Shown: positions 50,280-61,923 of the stretch, piece by piece
How positions within the stretch are numbered: position 1 is the stretch's first letter
Layout of the letters: the number at the start of each line of letters is the position of its first letter
Assembly (NCBI GenBank): GCA_030390025.1
Contig: CM059440.1
Location: 52,390,001-52,454,000 of the forward strand
DNA length: 64,000 bases
DNA from: Squalus acanthias
Taxonomy: Eukaryota
Direction: 5' to 3'
The notes under the pieces: generated by a model
What the model saw: the letters and a program-made list of their open reading frames with translations, nothing else
What the model was told of the DNA's origin: nothing
The model's database searches: none
Program-made: the position numbers and the translations under genes

Positions 50280-53200
50280 GTAAGTCTTTAAATGTAAACA
50301 ACAGAAAACGCTGGAAAAACTCAGCAGGCCAGGCAACATCCGTGGAGAGAGAAACAGTTAACGTTTCAGGTCGAAACCCTTCGTCAGAGTCTTTAAATGT
50401 AACTGTGTACTTGCACACATTAGAATGAACGATCTACACAGTTTCAGGTGGTCTTTTCACCATTTAGCAATGGCCCAAAGCAATAACAGTAGTTTCACTT
50501 GTAATGTTGGGTCATTTTAATGGGCAAGGTGGATAATTCCCAAGTAAGCATTGTTCATGGAGCTGAAAAGAGTATTTCAAAGAAACAGCTCCGTCTATTT
50601 TGTGATGTTTACTGGTCATGTTGCTGCAGATGCTGCAGTACTTTTTTATGTCCATTTGCTGAGGTGAGATGAGGGAACCAAACTTTCTATTTCAGTAGAT
50701 CACAGGAAATATCAACCCAGGAAACAACTCTTCAGGGGAAGAGAGAAAATGCAGAAGTGGGGATAATTACTTCTTAGTGCTTTCCTGTCTTCAAGATTAA
50801 ATCACTTGCAACAATGTTGTTACTAATCTATTTGTTTTAATTCACAGCTCAGTTTCAAGTCCACACCCCAGAAGCACCAGTGACTGCTGTCTACGGCCAG
50901 TACACGGTGCTGAGTTGCAGTTTTACAGCTCAGGGTGAATCATCACTGGATCTGCTGTTCATCAGTTGGCAACGTGTCGAGACGGAGGAAGTTGTTTATA
51001 AATATTATTCTGGAAAAGAGCAACTGAGTCGCCAAAGCCCTCGGTATTCGGGGAGGACAAGCTTATTCCCAGAGGAGTTAAAACAAGGGAACGTTTCAGT
51101 GAAGCTGGACAGAGTGAGACCAGAGGATGCTGGACAGTACCTGTGCTTAGTCAGTAACGGAAAAGGAAATGGCCAGGGCATTGTGTCTCTAATATTTGCA
51201 GGTACATGCTTCTTTCAGTTTTCATTTTTGTTCTGTCAGTGCTGCAAATTAAAGTCATGCTTCTTGGCCTCCCCTGATGGCTCAGTGAGTCTCACCATTG
51301 AGTGCCTGAGCCGTACAGACCAGGTTTGATGTCCAGACTCTGCTGGTTTAGCTCCTCTCTGCTGGAACAGTGCTATTGGTGCAATCGACACACCTCGGTT
51401 AGGGTTGGCACTCCCGTTTGCTATTCAGCAAGCCCTGCCTGTGGACGGCTCCAGGATCAGGCTGAACTGTGATGGCCTCGCAGGTGAAAAGCCCACTGAT
51501 ATTTACCATCAAGGGTTACGTATGATTTTGGCTGAACAGCTGCCAGCAGGATATTGTGGGATTTTCACCTTCAACTTGATCACTTGGTACAATGATTTGA
51601 ATATCTCCAAATTGATCACAAACAGCAATATCTACTATTCTGTTTGTACTTGGATTTGTTGTTTTTGAGCATTTAAAGCTTTTATTGCATTATTCAATTA
51701 GTTATTAACTGGAACAAAATTCCTAGTTGGCATTATTTTTATCAAGTTTATTTCTTGTTTCTAATGACCCTTTTGTAAAATCTACAGCATACTACAAGGA
51801 ACCTGACTTTTTTATCCAATTAACACCATCCGGGACAGTGTTCAGATTCGAGTCCCAAGGTTACCCTGAGGCTACTGTTTCCTGGTACAATGAAGAAAAT
51901 GAAGATATTTCCATACTGTCTGAGACTTCGTACCAACAAAGTGGAGATGGTCTATACTCCCTGCAGAGTATTCTGCAAATCAGTGACCCCAATAGGAGTT
52001 CTAACTACACATTCAGATTAAGAAATGATGTTCTACACCAATCAGTTTCTCGAACATTTGCTCTTTCTGTAGGTAAGTTGTGTCCTACACTCAGTACTCA
52101 TAACCTCCAGTTGTCTTGCGATACAATGCTGAATCACGACATCTTGATCTCCATGCCATTTGAAGTAAAGGAAATCTTCTTTCAGTTCTTCAGAAACTTC
52201 TGTTCCAGTCTCTGGTTCCACAAGTATAAACCGCTGCACCTTTTTTAACTTTCATGGGCTGACACTTCTTGAGTTATCAATGTTCTTGGCCTCACTATCT
52301 CCCAAGACCACAAATGGAGCTGCTGCATTGCTCGGCTGCTCAAAAGCTGTTTCCTCGTTTGTGCCAAACACTTCTTACCAAATACCTTTAACTCTCTATA
52401 GCTCGAGCCCTTTTGTGACTTGGATACTGCTCCCATATTTGGGAAGACTCTCCTTAATGGCTTCCCTCGCTCCTTGGAGAGGATATAAGAAGTTCTCTCT
52501 ATGCTGTATTGTACCCTCCACGCTATGTAAACTTCAGCTCATCCAAAACCCTGCTGCCCTTCTCCTATCCTGCACTACGATCTGCTAACCCTCTCCCTGT
52601 GCTTGCTGGCCTACATTAGCTCCTGGTTACCAACGCCTCAAATTAAAAATTCTTATCCTTGTGGTTAAGTCCCTTCATGGCCTGATCCCTCCTAATCTCT
52701 ACCCCTACAACCCTCAGACCTCTGCATTGCTCCAACTCTGGCATCTTGTGAATTCCCTACTGCCATCGCCCTGCCACTGGCGTGTGTGCGTGTGTGTGTG
52801 TGTGTGTGTCCTCTTTGACCGAGCTTTTTGAGCGTGCGTGCGCGTGTGTGTGTGCCACCTCTTTGACCGAGCTTTTTGAGCGTGCGTGCGCGTGTGTGTG
52901 TGCCACCTCTTTGACCGAGCTTTTTGAGCGTGCGTGCGCATGTGTGTGTGCCACCTCTTTGACCGAGCTTTTTGAGCGTGTGTGCGTGTGCCACCTCTTT
53001 GACCGAGCTTTTTGAGCGTGCGTGCGCGTGTGTGTGTGCCACCTCTTTGACCGAGCTTTTTGAGCGCGTGTGTGTGTGCCACCTCTTTGACCGAGCTTTT
53101 TGAGCGTGCGTGCGCATGTGTGTGTGCCACCTCTTTGACCGAGCTTTTTGAGCGTGTGTGCGTGTGCCACCTCTTTGACCGAGCTTTTTGAGCGTGCGTG

Positions 53201-54238
53201 CGCGTGTGTGTGTGCCACCTCTTTGACCGAGCTTTTTGAGCGTGCGTGCGCGTGTGTGTGTGCCACCTCTTTGACCGAGCTTTTTGAGCGTGCGTGCGCG
53301 TGTGTGTGTGTGTGCCACCTCTTTGACCGAGCTTTTTGAGCGTGCGTGCGTGTGCCACCTCTTTGACCGAGCTTTTTGAGCGTGCGTGCGTGTGCCACCT
53401 CTTTGACCGAGCTTTTAGTCACCCCTTCTAATATCTCTCTTGGGTGTCAGCCTTGCATCAGGTAGGAGAATGTTGTGGGTTCAAGCCCAACTCGAGACTT
53501 GAGCACAAAAATCTAGGCTGACACTCCAGCACTGCTGAGGGAGTGCTGCACTGTCTGAGGTGCTGCCTTTCAGATGAGACGTTAAACCAAAGCACCATCT
53601 GCTCTCTCAGGTGGATGTAAAAGATCCCATGGCACTATTGCGAAGAGCAGGGGAGTTCTCCCTGCTGTGCTGACTATTATTATCCTTCAACCAACATCAC
53701 TTATCTAATTACTGTTTGTGGGAGCTTGCTGTGTGCAAATTCACTGCTGTGTTTCCTGCATGTCAACAGTGATCACTTAAAGTACCTCATTGGCTGTAAA
53801 GCGCTTTGGGGTTGTGAATGGTGCTGTATAAATATGTGGGGGTTTTTTGGCTGATTACGCTACTGTGAAGCACCTTGGGATGTTTTTCTACATTAAAGGT
53901 GCTGTATCAATGCACTTTTTGTTTCTGGTTTAGGCTACGACTATGTTATCCAATGTTTAAAAATACTTTCACCATAGAATTACATTCTTAAATGCGGTCG
54001 TGCTTTTATGGTGGTTGTATTTTAAATTATTAGCACTGAAACCACTGCTGTAATGATCAATAGTTTTTTTTTTTCCACAGAAATGAAAACTGATCACGTT
54101 CTTACAAGAAATCGCTGGATGCTTGCAGTCACTGTCCTTGCTATTGAATTTATAATTTTAATTCTAGTCATAGCCGTGTGCAAGAAACTTGTTTCACTGG
54201 CAAATGGAGAGAAACAAAATGAACACGGCATTACGTGA
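50225..54238 (+). CDS. B7-family Ig-superfamily type I membrane protein, CD276 (B7-H3)-like, copy 3; intact spliced CDS of 283 aa
   Basis: join(50225-50279, 50848-51201, 51788-52072, 54081-54238) = 852 nt, all GT-AG phase 1. Motifs RTSLFPEELKQGNVS, EDAGQYLC, YKEP, QGYPEA.V.W, GLYSLQSIL and RNDVL parallel B7-H3. AATAAA 54509-54514. Confidence 0.9.
50298..50387 (-). mobile_element. 90-bp Penelope-derived hammerhead-core insertion in intron 1
   Basis: Same 15-bp TSD as in copy 2 (50283-50297 and 50388-50402). Confidence 0.85.
50848..51201 (+). CDS. Copy 3 exon 2: IgV domain
   Basis: LSC, ISWQ and DAGQYLC; ttcacag acceptor, G|gtacat donor. Confidence 0.92.
51788..52072 (+). CDS. Copy 3 exon 3: Cys-less IgC-like domain
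   Basis: AYYKEP...FRFESQGYPEATVSW...NYTFRLRN; ctacag acceptor, G|gtaagt donor. Confidence 0.9.
52780..53416. repeat. Minisatellite, 14 units of 40-52 bp
   Basis: Constant CCACCTCTTTGACCGAGCTTTTTGAG core plus a variable (GT/GC)n tract. Confidence 0.95.
54081..54238 (+). CDS. Copy 3 exon 4: transmembrane helix and short cytoplasmic tail
   Basis: RWMLAVTVLAIEFIILILVIAVCKK...EHGIT*; polypyrimidine-ccacag acceptor. Confidence 0.85.
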
Positions 54239-57200
54239 TGGATCATTCAAGAAAATACATGTGATTGGACGCTGCCCCTTCAGCCATGAAAACCGATATT
54301 TATTGCCGCAACATCGTGGGTTACTGCTTTTCGCAGCCTTGTGCAAATGTGGACACGTCTTCTTAACCCTCACTACTAAATATCAGCACGCAGAATAAGA
54401 AGTGTCATCTGATTGGTCCCTTTTCTCATTTGTAACTTCCAAACTCTTATTTATTTAATATAACCGTGTTTTTTGTCCATCTTCTGCTGGACCAGGACAG
54501 CTTAATGCAATAAAGCTTTGTATTTAATTCTATTTTTTTCTTTTGTCATTGTCTCCAAGAATTGCTTTAGTTATATTAGCACCCTGTCCTCCTTTAGTTT
54601 AACACTTGCACTGTGAATTTCTTCGGGCCTTCTCCCGCTCCACCGCCATAACTTTGGGAAGCCCTGTTTTCCGATGTAATCTGACTGCTGCTGAAGTTAA
54701 GGCGGCACTGTGTGTGTGCGTGCGTGTGGTCTGTGAGCTGAGACACTGACTGAGGGTGTTTTGAGGATCAGTGTTCCACACACAGTAAACACTGGGAGCT
54801 AGAAACCGAATCCGAGGCTGATTCTTCCCCGTCAGTCTGGGGCACTAAGGGAATTGCAGCACGTTACTCCAATTAGGAATTGAACCTGGGGCCTTCTTAG
54901 TATGGCTGTTATATACTGGTTCTGTCAGCTGTACCATCAGATGACCTTCAAAAGAACTATGCTCTAACCCATTGCTACTCCCAGATCCTATTTTTGGGTA
55001 AAAGTGGGTGGGCTAGGAATGGCACTAGTGCAGAGTACTGTTTTAAAAGATTGCATTGTAACACCACACAGAACTGACTTTAAATTAAGAACCCTATAAG
55101 TTTAAGGGTGAAATGGCACTCTGATACACCTATAAGATGCAAACCTGCCAGCACTACTAACCCTACCCAGGCTAAAGTCATGATCTCATTGAATGGCGGA
55201 ACAGGCTCGAGGGGCTGAATGGCCTCCTCCTGTTCCTATGTTCCAGACAGTAAAGAGGCAATCTGCTCACGGGTCCTATCAGTGCTGTTTTGTAAATGAC
55301 CAGCAGGTGGCGGTTGAGACCAGTCCAGGGTGACTTGCCCTCTTGCTTTCCATCTGTGCCTGGGGAGCTGTTAACTGTTCGTTCATGGCTTAAAAATTCT
55401 TCATGAATAAAAAGCAGGACTTACTCAGCAGGTCAGGCAACATCTGTGGAGAAACAGAAGTCAGTCAGTCGCAAATTTAAGGTTGACAGCAGGTTATATC
55501 TATCAGGAAAGGATGAACAGGCTGGGTCTCTTTTCTCTTGAAAAGAGAAGGCTGAGGGGTGACCTAATAGAGGTCTTTAAAATTATGAAAGATTTTGATA
55601 GAGTAGACACACAAAGTGTTTCCACTTGTAGGGAAGAGTAAAAAGAGAAAGAGCTGCAAATGCTGGAAATCTGAAACAAATTCACAAAAACACATGGCAG
55701 GTCCATCAACATCTGTAAAGGGTTTACACTCTGCCTCAGAACTGAAGATTGGACTCTGAGTAATGAACTAGACAGCTGTTGGCACCTGTGCACCACACAA
55801 CACTTGAGTTACACCTTCAGGAGAGGAGAAAATTGGAGGTAAAATACCAATAAAAGTGTCCCTTTTAGATTGTGGGCAGAAGAGAAGGCTGAAGTACGTG
55901 AGGAGTTCGACAGGTTTGAGGCCTGGGGAAAGAATTAGTGTCGGAAAACAGTGAAACCAATCTTGATTTCAACACAATGGAGATGCCGGGAGGAGGAAGA
56001 GTTTGCACGACAGTGAATTTACAGTTAATAAGGAACAAGAGAGGTAAATTCGGGGAAGCACTGACCATAGCAGTATTGATAAAATAGAAGCAAGAAAGAC
56101 TGCAGTAGAAAGAGAGGTTGGACACTATAGGTGAGAGGGATTTTTTTTTAATTCATTCACAGGATGTGGGCATCACCTGCAAGGCCAGCATTTATTGCCC
56201 ATCTCTAACTGCCCTAGAGAAGTTGGTGGGCCATCATTTCAGAGGGCAGTTAAGAGTCAATGACAGTGCTGTGGGTCACATTATCGGCCAGACCAGCAGA
56301 TTTCCTTCCCTAAAGGACATTAGTGAGCCAGATGGGTTTTTATGACAATCTAGTAGTTTCACAGTCACCATTACTGACACTAGCTTTTTATTCCAGATTT
56401 GTTTTATTAACTGAATTTAAATTCCACAGCTGCCATGGTGGGATTTGAATATAGGTTGACGCTGAATCATTAGTCCAAGCCTACTGGATTACTAGTCCAG
56501 TAACATAACCACTATGCCACGATACCCTATTAGACAACAAGCTTTTAGCTTTTTCCTGTCTGGAACGTGAGGAGGGTGTCGGAAGGGAATGCGATTACAA
56601 TTTTCTTGCATGCAGCACACCAAGGAATCCTTCCCCTATATTGCTTATCACATGATGATTATGAATGAGGAAGGCCAATCAGCCCATCTTAATTCACCCA
56701 TTCAGAGAGATCCTAATGTCTTCCCTGTTATGAGGTGTGCATAGGAAATGGCTAAGTTAGGATACCTCGACCTGAGGAGAAAGCATTGAGTGAATGCCTT
56801 GAAAAATGTATTTATTATGAGTGAATTATTATAAGTGAAAGAAAGAGCATTAAAAAGCTTCCTGAATGTAATAACATTTGTTAAGGTGGCATCGGCATAA
56901 ACATGCAGAATGTCCTTTGCCTTGTGTAAATAGCAGATTCTGTGCTCCCGGAGGAACGCCACGCTGGAAGGGAGCAGAGGTTGGGGATTTGAGCTGTTGC
57001 ACTGTAGCCCCAATCCTCTGACCCTCCCTCCCTGCGAGGCACAAATCCCCACTGGGAGCCGGGATTGCAAGTATTTTATGGAGGATGGATGGGGATTGGA
57101 GGGGGGTGGTGTTGGTGATTCTGAGGGAAATGCAGTAACATTTGTAAATAGTGGGCAAATGCCATGTGGTTAAGCATCACGAGAGAAAAGAAAGACTTTC

Positions 57201-60200
57201 ATTTATATAGCGCCTTTCGGGACATCCCAGAGTGCTTTACAGCCAATGAAGCACTTTTTGAAGTGTTGTCACTGTTGGAATGTGGCAGCCAATTTGTGCA
57301 CAGCAAGCTCCCACAAACAACAACGTGATAATGACCAGATAATCTGTTTTAGTGATGTTGATTGAGGGGTAAATATTGGCCCCAGGACACCAGGGATAAC
57401 TCCCCTGCTCTTCTTCGAAATAATGACGTGGGATCTTTTACATCCAGCTGAGAGGGCAGAGGGGGCCTCAGTTTAAAGTCTCATCTGAAAGACGGCACCT
57501 CCGACAGTGCGGCACTCCCTCAGCACTGCACTGGGAGTGTCAGCCTAGATTCTTGCGCTCAAGTCTCTGGGGTGGGACTTGAACCAATGACCTTCTGACG
57601 CGGGTGCTACCAACTGAGCCACACACGTGTCACGTGATCAAATCTCCAGGAATACTTCAAATCAGAATTGGCATCCCCAGTTGGGCTGTGTCCTGGGGTG
57701 GTTAATCGTTTACTTGTTGTAGCCTATAAGATACAGAATTATGAAATAAGGCTGTTCACCTTGCTGCCTCTGTTTTTTGGAGGGGAAAAAGATAGCTGGC
57801 CTGCAGGTCAAGCTTTGGAGAGAGGATGACATTGCTGGGGGCCTATTGCATGTGAGGTTTAATCAATGTGCTGAGTAATACACCAGTTGCTATTGTCGTC
57901 ATTTTGGACTTGTCCTTTGATATTGTACACAGTCTGATAGGAGAAGTATACCTCAGCTGTGGCTCAGTGTGTAGCACCCTCGCCTCTGAGTCAGAAGCCA
58001 CAAAACATTGCTTCTTCTGCACTGATCGTGCAAAAAGCACCTGTTTCTATTTTGGGTGGGTGAAAGTTGATCCTCCATTCTAGTCTTACATCACTTTGCC
58101 ACTTGTATATCACTGCCCTGGAGGAGTGAAGTAGACAACAGTTGACAGACAGTAATGTGCTCTGCTCCACTATTGCTGTGATCGTTAAATGGCAGCTCTC
58201 CTGATTTAGGTTCCATCTCCTGCTGCTAATTTCAAATTGCAGCCTGCCCACGCAGGATAAACAGACAAAAAATCAATTTAAAAATCAGCAGTGGGAGCCT
58301 GGACGGGAATTGGGAGGAACAGTTGCTATTTAAATATCACAGTGTTGAAGGAGTGGAACGGAGCAATATTTACTATTAACAGCCGATAAGAGTGAGCTCG
58401 GGGCTGCAACAAGGGGGCAGGTAATGTGGCTTCGAAACGGAATCACCCGCACTGCTCCAGGAGTGGCCGAGCTACACTGCGGGATGGCAGCACCAGTGAA
58501 GGACTGCCTGCTGCTCTGTGTGCTGGGGCAATTCCCCGGAGCCAGTTTCAGGAGCACCGGGGCGTTGTTGCCAGGGTGGCCGGGATTGGGATGGTGGTGA
58601 CGGGGGAGGAGGGCAGTTTGTTTTTAGAGTTTTCCACGGTGACCTCTCCTCCAATGCCCGTTCGGTTGCGCTGTGCAGTTGTGGCGCTGCTCAGGCACAC
58701 CAGCTGCATAATTAAAAAAAGAGCCTCGGGCACAACTTGTGCACTGGTGCCCAGCCCCCCTCTGACTCACCACCTTATTTACACAAGCCAAGCACCTCAG
58801 GTATTTGGAAGGCGCCACACATCATTTTCCCAGGAAGGATGCACCATCGTGTTATCAGCCCCATCTTTTCTAACAGAGTAAACAAAGCCGCTGTTTGTTC
58901 TTGTATAACTGATAACATTTTCGTGCACAAATCTTCCTAAATTCCTGGGTACATGCCTTACACATGAAGAAAGAGAAAAGCAGACAGAAATTCAGAGAGA
59001 GAGAGAAAGAATTAGCCAGTGGAAGCAGAGCAGAATGGATTACAGAAATTCAGAGAGAATTAGAGAGGAGCAGAGCAACATTGACAGAAATTCAGGGAGA
59101 GGCCATAAAGAGAACAAAGTACTGGGACTAGAGGAATAGAATACAGAAGGGGTGTTAAATGTAAATAGAACCTTGGTTAGACCACACTTGGAGAATTCTG
59201 TGCAGTTCTGGTCTCCACACTACAAAAAGCATTGAAGAAAGTGCCAAAAAAGATTTAGGAGGATGGGGGAATCCAGAACAAGAGGCACAATCTTAAATTT
59301 AGAGCCAGGCCATTTAGGAGTGAAATCAGGAAGCACTTTTTCCACACAAAGGGTGGTGGATCTGGAACTTGTTCTCCCAAAAGACTGTGAATGCTGGGTC
59401 AACTGAAATTTTCAACACTGAGATTGATAGATTTTTATTCGGTAAACATCTAAAGGATTATGGAGCAAATGGATTTGAGGTGCAGATCAACCAAGATCGA
59501 ATTGAATGGCGGAATAGGCTCGATGGGCTGAATGGCCTCCTCCTGTTCCTATGATAGGGTAGATGTGGAAAAATTGCTTCCACTTGTGGGTGAGTCAAGA
59601 ACAATGGGATATCAATATAAGATAGCCACTAACTGATCAAAAAAAGAATTTAGGAGGAATTTCTTTACACAAAGGGTGGTGTAGGGTTCTCAGCCCTCCC
59701 GCTATCTATCGGAATGGGCGATTGGTCTCTGAAACGTTGCTGCTGGCGACTCGGGAGAAAGGGTCCGTGTATGCGCGGTTCGCGCACCCGCAGTATCCTG
59801 GCTGTCGTGGCTAGCAGCCAATTCGCATTGTCTGGGCCTTGCTGGTCCCCCAGCTATTGTCTCTCCTCATTCTTCCTACCAAAATATATCTGTTATGTGT
59901 TGAATTTCATCTGCCGTGAGTCCACCCATTCCACCAGCCTGTCTGTGTCCTTTTTAAGTCTATTACTATCCTCCTGATTGTTTACTACACTTCCAAGTTT
60001 TGTATCGTCTGCAAATTTCGAAATTGTGCCCTATACCCTCAAGTCCAAGTCATTAATGTCTATGAAAAACAGCAGTGGTCCTAGTACTGAACCCGGGGGA
60101 ACTCCACTGTATACCTCCCTCCAGTCTGAGAAACAACCATTAAATAGAATATACAGCACGGAAGCAGGCCATTTGGCCCAACCTGTCCATGCTGGGGTTC

Positions 60201-61923
60201 ATGTTCCTCTCGAGTCTTCTCCCATCCTTCCTCATACGAACATATGACATACGTACAATGACGGACAGGTAAAGGCCCTCTGGTCCATCCAGCCTGTCCC
60301 ACACAATTGCGATATCTTGTGTATCACAATATACACCCTCCACCCCACCCGAAACCATGTGATCTCCTGGGAGAGGCAAAAAAACATAAAAACCCAGGCC
60401 AATTTGGGAAAAAAATCTGGGAAATTCCTCTCCAACCCATTTATGCAATGGAAACTAGTCCAGGAGATCACTCTGGCCCTGAATTCCCTGCAGTGCCCAC
60501 CTTCTGTAAGAGGTGATCTCCGCCCCAGCCAGAAACAGGTCCAGCTCTCGCTTGAAGGAATTCACGAATCAGCGTCCACCGCACGAGACGGCACCTTTTC
60601 CAGAGGTCCACTACTCTCTGGGAAAAGAACCATCTCCTGGTATCTAACCTAGATCTGGCCTTGTACAACTTCAATTTGTGACCACTAGTCCTCCCTGACC
60701 TAACTATCATCTAACTCTATCAACATTTCCTCTATTCCCTTCTCCCTCAAATGCTTATCTAGCTTCCCCTTAAATGCATCTATACTATTCGCCTCAACCT
60801 TTGGAACAGAGGAGGCTGAGGGGAGACTTGATTGAGGTGTATAAAATTATGAGGGGCCTAGATAGACTGGATAGGCAGAACCTATTTCCCTTAGCAGAGA
60901 GGTCAATAACCAGGGGCATAGATTTAATGTAATTGGAGAAGGATTAGAGGGGAGTTGAGAACTTTTGTCACCCAGAGGGTGGTGGGGGTCTGGAACTCAC
61001 TGCCTGAAAGGGTGGTAGAGGCAGAAACCCTCATCACATTTAAAAAGTACTTCGATATGCACTTGAAGTGCTGTAACCTTCAGGGCTACGGACCAAGAGC
61101 TGGAAAGTGGGATTAGGCTGGATAGCTCTTTTTCAGCCGGCACAGACACGATGGGCCAAATGGCTTCCTTCTGTGTCATAAATTTCTATGATTCTATGAC
61201 CACTCCCTGTGGTAGCGAGCTCCACATTCTCACCACTCTCTGGGTAAAGAGGTTTCCTCTGAATTCCTGATTTGATTTCTTGGTGACTATCTTAAAAGAA
61301 AAAGAATTTGCATTTCTATAGCGCCTTTCACGACCACCGGTCGTCCCAAAGCGCTTTACAGCCAATTAAGCACTTTTTGAAGTGGAGTCACTGTTGTAAT
61401 GTAGGAAATGCAGCAGCCAATTTGTGCACAGCAAGCTCCCACAAACAGCAATGTGATAATGACCAGATCGTCTGTATTAGTGATGTTCATTGAGGGATAA
61501 ATATTGGCCAGGACACCGGTAAAGGTATCTTATATGGATACCCTCTAGTTTTGCTCATCCCCACAAGTGGATACACTCTCTCTGTGTGTCTACTCTATCA
61601 AAACTTTCCATAGATATAAGAACTGAGAGGTTATATCTATCAGGAATGATTGACCAGGCTGGGGATCTTTTCTCCAGAAAAGAGAAAAGTTTTCTTCTTA
61701 GGCAGTCCCTCGGAACCGATGATGACTTGCTTCCACACTAAAAATGAGTTCTCAGGTGACTGATGAGTCCAATGCGGGACGTACAGTCTCTGTCACAGTT
61801 GGGGCAGACGGTGGTTGAAGGGACGGGTGGGTGGGGTGCTTGGGTTGACGTGCGCTCCTTCCGCTGTTTGCGCTTGGCTTCCGCTTGCTCCCAGCGAAGT
61901 GACTCGAGGTGTTCGGCGCCTTC

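Noticed and set aside
52780-53416. CRISPR-like array (constant repeat with variable spacers) and His/Thr/Arg-rich ORFs
   Set aside because: The spacers are GT/GC microsatellite, the repeat derives from a LINE tail present once in the paralogs, the context is vertebrate and there are no cas genes. The ORFs are repeat artefacts.
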